Assembly: GCA_031416315.1 (NCBI GenBank)
Contig: JANOTL010000143.1
Location: 1-20,221 of the forward strand
DNA: 20,221 bases
Reading direction: 5' to 3'
From: Pseudomonadota bacterium
GTDB taxonomy: Bacteria > Bdellovibrionota_B > Oligoflexia > Oligoflexales > CAIYRB01
This document shows, piece after piece, positions 14,493-20,221 of the stretch. Position 1 is the first letter of the stretch, and each line of letters opens with the position of its first letter. The notes under the pieces were generated by a model that was not told the origin of the DNA, did no database searches, and worked only from the letters and a program-made list of their open reading frames with translations. Position numbers and translations under genes: made by a program.

Positions 14493-17456
14493 ATGAGCGT
14501 TTGCGCGCGCCTGGCTGCGGTTGTCCTGGCTCTTGGTCTTGCCTCTATCGCTGGCGCAGGCTGTAAAGGCGGCGATGCCCCTGCGGCAGCGCCAGTAACC
14601 CCCGTGCCACCGGTCACGAATCCTGCCGTCACTCCGTCGACCGACCCGTCGGGCGGGTCGACGCCCGCGGCGGGATCCGGAAGTGGACCGACTTCCGGCT
14701 CCGAAGCACAGCCTCCAGCACCACCCGTTTCACAGGGCGTTCCGGACACCACCGCGATAGCGGGACAGCTCATTCTCGACGTCACGGGCGTCGATCCCGC
14801 CAACGTCAGCGGCTACATCGTCGGCGATCAGGCCAAGACGATCCAGCTCGCCGGCAACGGACAGCTCTATATCGATGGCGTCCCTCCCGGAATGCACGAC
14901 GTCGTGATCACCGCCGGAACTTTGAGCGTTGCGACGCTCGCGCTCGCCGAGTCCGATGGGTTCGGCAGGCGCTTGAATGACGTCGAAGTGAAGAAGAACG
15001 AGCGCACCAATCCCGGCAAGTTTGATCTTCCGAAGGCGGGCTCGATCACCGGCAATGCCAAACGGAGCGGGCAGTCAACTCACTTGGGGATCGAGGTCGG
15101 CATCCCGGGTACGGGCTATCAAGCCACGACCGACGCTGCCGGCAACTTCTCGATCCTGAACGTCCCGGTCGGCATCCATGAATTGGCCTACCGCTATCAA
15201 AGCTACCACAACGGATACGTCAAGAATCTCGAAGTCGAATCGGCTACGAACACGGTCGCACCCGACATCGTCCTGACGCTCTCCAACGGCGCCGACGGCG
15301 TCGTGGTCTTGAACGACGGCGCGGCATCGACCAATTCACGGAACGTCAGCGTCATCATCGCGGCGTCCGAAACGGCGCTGCAGATGAAGATCTCGCACGA
15401 TCCGAACTTCTCCGGAATACCCTATCGAAACGTCGCCACGTCGACGACCTACTCCTTCCCTGCCGACGGCTCGAGCACGCTCTATGTCAAGCTCGCGGAC
15501 GAAAACGGGCTCGAGAACACGATCAGCTCATCCATTCTCGTCGATACGTCGCCGCCCTCGCCGTTCAACGTGACGAATGCACCTACGGGCGTTAACAACG
15601 TCGCAACGCTCAACGTCACCGTCTCTGGCACTGACCTAAGCCCCGTTCATTACAAATTCAAGGTCGGCGTCGCGGCCTCGACCGACTGCGCCGCGGCAAT
15701 CGGCTACGGAGCCTCCACCGCCGCAACGCAGCTCATCACGGCCAGCGTCGCGGATCTTGCCGACGGCGAGATCAAACTCTGCGTCCTAGGAGGCGACGCT
15801 CTTGGAAACTTCCAGGCTCTTGCCAACGCGACCGCGGTAACTTGGACCAAAGACCGTACGCCGGCGCAGGTTTCGGGACACACCCCTGTCGGCCCGGGTG
15901 CGAGCATCCATGCGAACATCGCCGCGACCTTCACCGAAAGCGTCGAGAACCAATTCCAGGTCTCGGGCGGAGCCAATTTCACCGTCACGGACGTGGATGA
16001 AAACCTGGTCGTCGCGGGCGATCGGAATTACGTCGACGGGACGAAGACCGCGACCTTCGATCCGACCTTGCGCCTGAACGGCACGACTCAATACTCCGTC
16101 AGAATCTCGAAAGACGTGAGTGACCTCGTCAAGAACGCGATGCCTGCGGATTTCACGTGGTCGTTCACGACGGGCGCGGGCTGGAAGCAGCCAAAGCGCA
16201 CGGATGCTACGACGACGGATGCCTTCAGACCGGTCGTTGCGGTCCTCGGGGGCGGCGACCGCGTCGCGGCATTCGTCCGGCGCATCGGCGCAAACGTCCA
16301 TGTCGTCGCGCATATCTACGATGCCGCCACGAAGACCTGGGGAGACGAGCAGCAACTCAGCGTCACGCCCGTCAACGAATCGCAATCCCGTATTCGGATC
16401 GCGAGCGACGGCGACAACGATGCCGCGGTCGTTTGGGTCGGCAGCGATTTCCAAGTCAACGCCCGCCGCCTCAAAACCAGAGCCTGGCAAACGATCGAAA
16501 TTCTCGAAAGCGACACGTCGTCGATCGCCTACCCTCTGGTCATCGACGTCGCCATGAACTCGCTCGGCCATGCGGTGGCGGTATGGCCAAAAGCGCTTCC
16601 CGCCCAAACGGCCGGGGTCTATGCGAGCTTTTTCGATGGGACCACTTGGAGCGCGAAAGAATCCGTCGAAAACAGCGTGTTTTCGCTCACAGTCCACTCG
16701 ATCAGGGTCGCGATCAACGACAACGACCGCATCATCGCCGGGATCGGCACAACTGAGCAAGCCCCTCAAAAAGTCTTTGTCAGCACTGCCAACGGCTCGA
16801 CGTGGAACAACAACGTCAATCCTCCGGCCCATTTCGTCGTCGACGAGAGCGCAGGCACAGCGACGCAGGGCGACAACATCGCCGTCGTCATCGGGTCCAA
16901 TAACGTCGGAACGATCGCGTGGACCGACTACAGCAACTTGGCCCTCAACGCACAGTCTTTTACGATCGATAGCAATGGCACAGCCACTGCCGGGACGGCG
17001 ACCGTCATCGACAATACCGCGGGTCGCTGCATGCTGGGCGTGAATCTAGGGATCGACGGCAGCAACAATGTTTTTGCCACGTACATCCAAGACTCCAGCA
17101 CCAACTGCGACAGCACGATCAAGAACATCATGGCGTCGCGATTCAACGGCACTTCGTGGTCGACCACGCAATTGAACACGGTCAACAGCAATGCCAACCC
17201 CCAGATTGCGGTCAACGCATCCGGCAAGGCCATCCTCACCTGGGTCCTCCCAGCCGATCAAAGGATCGTCTCGTCAATCTACGACGGCTCCTGGTCGTCG
17301 CCTCCGCTGACGGTCGAAAACTTGGGCCTCGCCAACGGTTCCTACGAAGGGTCGTCGATCGCGATCGACGCCCAAGGTCGTGGCATGGCGTTGTTCGAGA
17401 AGGACGTCACCAGCGGCGAAACGCGCATCCATGCCGCGATTTACGACGTGCCCTGA
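14493..17456 (+). CDS. Large surface lipoprotein: carboxypeptidase-regulatory-like and Ig-like (Big_5/SbsA-type) domains plus C-terminal beta-propeller, 987 aa
   Basis: Strong RBS; lipobox GAG-C; PST linker; GSITG...ATTDAAGNFSILNVPVG; DRTPAQVSGHTP...ATFTE...TATFDP...VSDLVKNAM...WSFTTG (Big_5-like); repeated [VI]A.N..G.A...W / ...DG..W blades. Confidence 0.85.
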   Translation: MSVCARLAAVVLALGLASIAGAGCKGGDAPAAAPVTPVPPVTNPAVTPSTDPSGGSTPAAGSGSGPTSGSEAQPPAPPVSQGVPDTTAIAGQLILDVTGVDPANVSGYIVGDQAKTIQLAGNGQLYIDGVPPGMHDVVITAGTLSVATLALAESDGFGRRLNDVEVKKNERTNPGKFDLPKAGSITGNAKRSGQSTHLGIEVGIPGTGYQATTDAAGNFSILNVPVGIHELAYRYQSYHNGYVKNLEVESATNTVAPDIVLTLSNGADGVVVLNDGAASTNSRNVSVIIAASETALQMKISHDPNFSGIPYRNVATSTTYSFPADGSSTLYVKLADENGLENTISSSILVDTSPPSPFNVTNAPTGVNNVATLNVTVSGTDLSPVHYKFKVGVAASTDCAAAIGYGASTAATQLITASVADLADGEIKLCVLGGDALGNFQALANATAVTWTKDRTPAQVSGHTPVGPGASIHANIAATFTESVENQFQVSGGANFTVTDVDENLVVAGDRNYVDGTKTATFDPTLRLNGTTQYSVRISKDVSDLVKNAMPADFTWSFTTGAGWKQPKRTDATTTDAFRPVVAVLGGGDRVAAFVRRIGANVHVVAHIYDAATKTWGDEQQLSVTPVNESQSRIRIASDGDNDAAVVWVGSDFQVNARRLKTRAWQTIEILESDTSSIAYPLVIDVAMNSLGHAVAVWPKALPAQTAGVYASFFDGTTWSAKESVENSVFSLTVHSIRVAINDNDRIIAGIGTTEQAPQKVFVSTANGSTWNNNVNPPAHFVVDESAGTATQGDNIAVVIGSNNVGTIAWTDYSNLALNAQSFTIDSNGTATAGTATVIDNTAGRCMLGVNLGIDGSNNVFATYIQDSSTNCDSTIKNIMASRFNGTSWSTTQLNTVNSNANPQIAVNASGKAILTWVLPADQRIVSSIYDGSWSSPPLTVENLGLANGSYEGSSIAIDAQGRGMALFEKDVTSGETRIHAAIYDVP

Positions 17457-17507
17457 ACTGGTCGCAAGGGCCAGTCCTTTCTCTATTGACAGTGGTGATC
17501 CCGCTCC

Positions 17508-17856
17508 GAGCCTTAACGCGAAGACGCGGCCCGTGTCGGCGGCGCTGCTGGCGACGACGCGGCGCACCGTGACGTAGACGCACCGCGTCAGGCATCGACG
17601 AGCCCGTGACCCGAGAAGAGATGCCCCGGGGGCGTCGTCAAGAAGCGCAATGTGCCATCGGCCGCGCGCACCGCGGCTCGCTCGCCGTCGAGCGACAGCA
17701 GGAGATCGCCGCCGCGCGGCGTGCGCACTGCGATCGCTCGCGCCCGATCCTGTACGCCAGCGCCGCGCGCAATCTGTCGTCTTAGAGCCTTCCACGAAGC
17801 GTTTCCTGATGACATATGCCGCCTCCGACAACGTGTCGATCGTCGATCCGGCGACG
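17508..17856. pseudogene. Possible decayed beta-propeller gene fragments (DUF1513/YVTN-like)
   Basis: Minus strand reads LTTPPGHLFSGHGLVDA*, then after a frameshift VYVTVRR...DTGRVFAL. Plus strand 17767-17856 reads AQSVVLEPSTKRFLMTYAASDNVSIVDPAT. No intact gene with RBS. Confidence 0.3.
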
Positions 17857-18068
17857 GCGACGGCGACGACACGAGGCGAAAGGCGAATGCGAGGCGTGAG
17901 GCAGAGAGAATGACCTCGTAGCTCGCGTCGAAATCGCGGCGGCCGACGAGAGCTCGATCTTTTCCGACGACGGCGTGTCCGCGAAGGCCGGTACGCCGAT
18001 GAATGAAGGTCCTAGGTGATTTTTATCTTAAATTATTTCAATATGTTACATGGATTTTGCGGGCGCAT

Positions 18069-18096
18069 GGAAGAAACTCCCGCCCCAGGTGTCAAA
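18069..18096 (+). promoter_or_regulatory. Candidate ECF-sigma promoter
   Basis: GGAAGAA-N15-GTCAAA resembles the sigmaE-type consensus GGAACTT...GTCAAA; preceded by an AT-rich tract (18019-18058); lies upstream of an operon encoding an ECF sigma. Confidence 0.5.
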
Positions 18097-18144
18097 GGGG
18101 GGCGGATCCACGGATCTCGCCCTCCTCACAACCGGAGTTTCCCC

Positions 18145-18933
18145 ATGCCCAGGTTTCTAATCGTCACTCTTCTCTTCGCCCTCGCCTTCATCGCGTCCTG
18201 CAACCGCCGTGACGAGACGTCGACGCCTTGGGTCATCAGGACCTACAAGACCGACGCGTCGCAAGGTGACGTGAGCGTCAAGACGCTCAACAAGCTTCTC
18301 AATCCCGAGCCGATCAAATCGTGGCTCTACAAAGGCGATCACTCGGAGGAAGAGGTCAACCGCGTCGAGCCTTCGCGCGGCGTCGCCCGCCTCGCCGGCG
18401 CCGGCCTGATCGCCGTCAACACCTCGGAGGAGATTCACAAGGGCGTTCCCGACCTCCTCGCGCAGATCGCCCTGGCGAAAGCCCGGCCGCTGACTGAGCT
18501 GCAAAGCGAAAGCTGGCTCTTGGTCGCGGTGCCGTCGCCCAAGAAGATGGCGCTCCCCGCCGCGCTTCAGGACAAGCTCGTCGCCTTCGAAAAGGATTAT
18601 CCAGGTCTTTGCATCGTGGAAGTCGATCACTTCTCGCTGCGCAGCGTCGAGGGCAAAGAGATCCACGTCCAAGGCGATCTCACCAAAATGAAGGGCTACC
18701 TCATGATGGCGGGCGAGAAAATCCTCGCCGACCTCGAGTTCGACGGCAAGCTCGTCGAGTTCCAGACCCAGGTGACTACCAACCCGGGTGAGGTGATGCT
18801 CATTTCCCAAGCGATGCGCCATGCCAAGACCCTCCCCCAGGGCGTCCGCGAAAAGTGCGGGGTCGCGGCGGATACGCCGTTGGACCTGCACACTCTGGTT
18901 GCCATCAGGGCGGCACAAGCGAACAGTCAATAA
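18145..18933 (+). CDS. Lipoprotein of unknown function with a secretin-N/NolW-like N-terminal region, 262 aa
   Basis: GGAG at 18134-18137; MPRFLIVTLLFALAFIAS-C lipobox; VIRTYK...TLNKLL...LIAVNTSEEIHKGVPDLLAQI pattern recalls NolW-type KH-like domains (tentative). Confidence 0.75.
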   Translation: MPRFLIVTLLFALAFIASCNRRDETSTPWVIRTYKTDASQGDVSVKTLNKLLNPEPIKSWLYKGDHSEEEVNRVEPSRGVARLAGAGLIAVNTSEEIHKGVPDLLAQIALAKARPLTELQSESWLLVAVPSPKKMALPAALQDKLVAFEKDYPGLCIVEVDHFSLRSVEGKEIHVQGDLTKMKGYLMMAGEKILADLEFDGKLVEFQTQVTTNPGEVMLISQAMRHAKTLPQGVREKCGVAADTPLDLHTLVAIRAAQANSQ

Positions 18934-18934
18934 T

Positions 18935-19459
18935 GTGGCAATCTCAACCGACGAAGACTGGCGGCGGCTCATCGTCGCCCTTTATCGCGCCGACGAGCGA
19001 CCGATGTTCAACATCGTCGCGCGCTGGCTTTGGAACCGTCAGGATGCCTTCGAAGTCGTGCAGGAGGCCTTCATGAAGCTCTGGGAACACCGAGCCCGGG
19101 TCGCCCCCGCGACGGCGCGCGCCTACACCTACCGAACCGCGTTGAACTTGGCCAAGAATCGAAAGCGCTACCGCGCCCTATGGAAAGTCGTCGGCCTCGA
19201 GGCTGCGACTCAGGCCGTCGACGGCGATCAGTTCGCGCAGCTCGAAAGCTCGGCCGATCAAACCCGGGTTCGCCTGGCCATCACGGTCCTACCGGACAAG
19301 CTCCGCCAGGTGATCCTTCTCCGCCACTTCGCCGAAATGGACTACGAAGCCATTGCCCTGACCTTAGCGATCTCGCCGGGAACCGTGGCGTCCCGCATGA
19401 ATCGCGGCATGAGTCGGCTCCGCGCCGAGCTGGGAGATCTCGCCGATGCGTTCGCATGA
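18935..19459 (+). CDS. ECF (sigma-70 group 4) RNA polymerase sigma factor, 174 aa
   Basis: Region 2: DAFEVVQEAFMKLW...YTYRTALNLAKN. Region 4: LPDKLRQVILLRHFAEMDYEAIALTLAISPGTVASRMNRG. GTG start 1 nt after the upstream stop. Confidence 0.93.
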   Translation: MAISTDEDWRRLIVALYRADERPMFNIVARWLWNRQDAFEVVQEAFMKLWEHRARVAPATARAYTYRTALNLAKNRKRYRALWKVVGLEAATQAVDGDQFAQLESSADQTRVRLAITVLPDKLRQVILLRHFAEMDYEAIALTLAISPGTVASRMNRGMSRLRAELGDLADAFA

Positions 19460-19811
19460 TCTCCTTCCTGACCTGACTCCGCCTACCGGCGGGCTCGCGA
19501 AACTGATGCGCCGCATCGAGCAATCGGAGGTCGCGGCGCAAGAAAGCGGGAGCCTGCCGTCACTTTACCGGAGCCTGTTGGTCGCGGGCTTCGCCGCGGC
19601 CGTCGCCATCGTCGTTTTGCCGCGCTCTTCCCCCACGCTTTCGGATTTGATCGCGAGATCCGACGCCTTGCATCTCTACAAATACGGCCTGAAAGAGATG
19701 CCGGCCACGAGCATTCTCCTGCAGAACGCGAACGGCGCCGTGCCTCTGCGGCCAACGGCCTATGGTTATCGGACGGACGATGGCTCGGCCGACGCGGGCG
19801 GCGGGCGCTAG
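19446..19811 (+). CDS. Putative membrane-anchored anti-sigma factor, 121 aa
   Basis: Overlaps the sigma gene by 14 nt; short N-domain (LTPPTGGLAKLMRRI), one TM helix (LLVAGFAAAVAIVVL), small external domain. Confidence 0.7.
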   Translation: MRSHDLLPDLTPPTGGLAKLMRRIEQSEVAAQESGSLPSLYRSLLVAGFAAAVAIVVLPRSSPTLSDLIARSDALHLYKYGLKEMPATSILLQNANGAVPLRPTAYGYRTDDGSADAGGGR

Positions 19812-19851
19812 AACTCATAGTTCTGGCGGGATCCGCCTTCTGTCTAGCTGT

Positions 19852-19904
19852 GGGTTTGCGGGATTTGGGTTTGGGAATTGGGTTGGGTTGGTCGGGCTGG
19901 CGGG
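19852..19904 (+). repeat. G-rich tract with eight GGG runs (putative G-quadruplex)
   Basis: GGGtttgcGGGatttGGGtttGGGaattGGGttGGGttggtcGGGctggcGGG, with loops of 2-6 nt. Confidence 0.75.
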
Positions 19905-20026
19905 AACGGTACATCAGTAGCGCCAACTTGGGGGAAAGCCTAACTTTAACGGTGTCAGCGCAGACATGTGCCGGATCAGCGAAGTGCGCCGCAGTGCGCC
20001 GGTATCCGTCGCCGTCCGCGTCGAGT

Positions 20027-20221
20027 GTAAGCGCCCGGCGAGCCACACCTGGACGGCAGACGGCCGGATTCAATACGGATGAAGCGCCGCGACCTGCTCG
20101 GCCGTCTCCGCATTCGGCAGCTCGGTCATGACGCGCATCAAGTACGCGTGAGGATCGAGCCCGTTGGCCTTCGCCGTTTCAACCAGCGAATAGATGTTGG
20201 CGCTGGCTCGCGCCCCTGCCG
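20027..20221 (-). mobile_element. IS66-family insertion sequence, downstream end (continues beyond the window)
   Basis: Terminal sequence GTAAGCGCCCGGCGAGCCAC at 20027 matches the IS66 GTAAGCG terminus and lies 43 nt beyond the TnpC stop. Confidence 0.88.
20070..20219 (-). CDS. tnpC: IS66 transposase TnpC, C-terminal 49 aa (partial; absent from the ORF track)
   Basis: Manual translation AGARASANIYSLVETAKANGLDPHAYLMRVMTELPNAETAEQVAALHPY* contains the IS66 C-terminal signature YSL.ETAK.NG.DP..YL..V...LP. Confidence 0.92.
   Translation of the reverse strand, partial: AGARASANIYSLVETAKANGLDPHAYLMRVMTELPNAETAEQVAALHPY

Noticed and set aside
18024..18051. dif-like site (ATATGTTACAT resembles the XerD arm TTATGTTAAAT)
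   Set aside because: The XerC arm position (TATCTTAAATT) does not match; better explained as promoter-proximal AT-rich DNA.
19939..20026. GCCTAAC, resembling an integron attC inverse core
   Set aside because: No matching GTTRRRY core or long imperfect palindrome downstream, and no cassette array or integrase.

Overview
GC-rich bacterial DNA carrying about 18 intact genes, most encoding exported or envelope proteins, including six to seven predicted lipoproteins. The protein styles suggest Bdellovibrionota (Oligoflexia-like) or Myxococcota; this is an inference, not a database result. In order: a gene tail; a Tat-type alpha/beta esterase; a TolB/PD40-like propeller lipoprotein; a tightly coupled four-gene operon (small outer-membrane barrel, DUF1553/1595-like protein, Tat DUF1501 protein, DUF1588-like cytochrome c with CxxCH and CX4CH motifs); a lipoprotein with a duplicated Cys-bracketed 31-aa module; a multidomain lipoprotein ending in a P-domain-like fold; a small two-helix membrane ORF missed by the ORF track; a divergent HemF-family oxidase; an M48 peptidase with a long helical insert; a hypothetical protein; a TonB/TolA-like protein; a 987-aa Ig/propeller surface lipoprotein; possible propeller pseudogene debris; a lipoprotein-ECF sigma-anti-sigma operon with an ECF-type promoter; an 8-tract G-quadruplex motif; and one end of an IS66 element. 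No rRNA, tRNA or CRISPR array was seen. All family calls come from motif recognition by eye, with no searches run.
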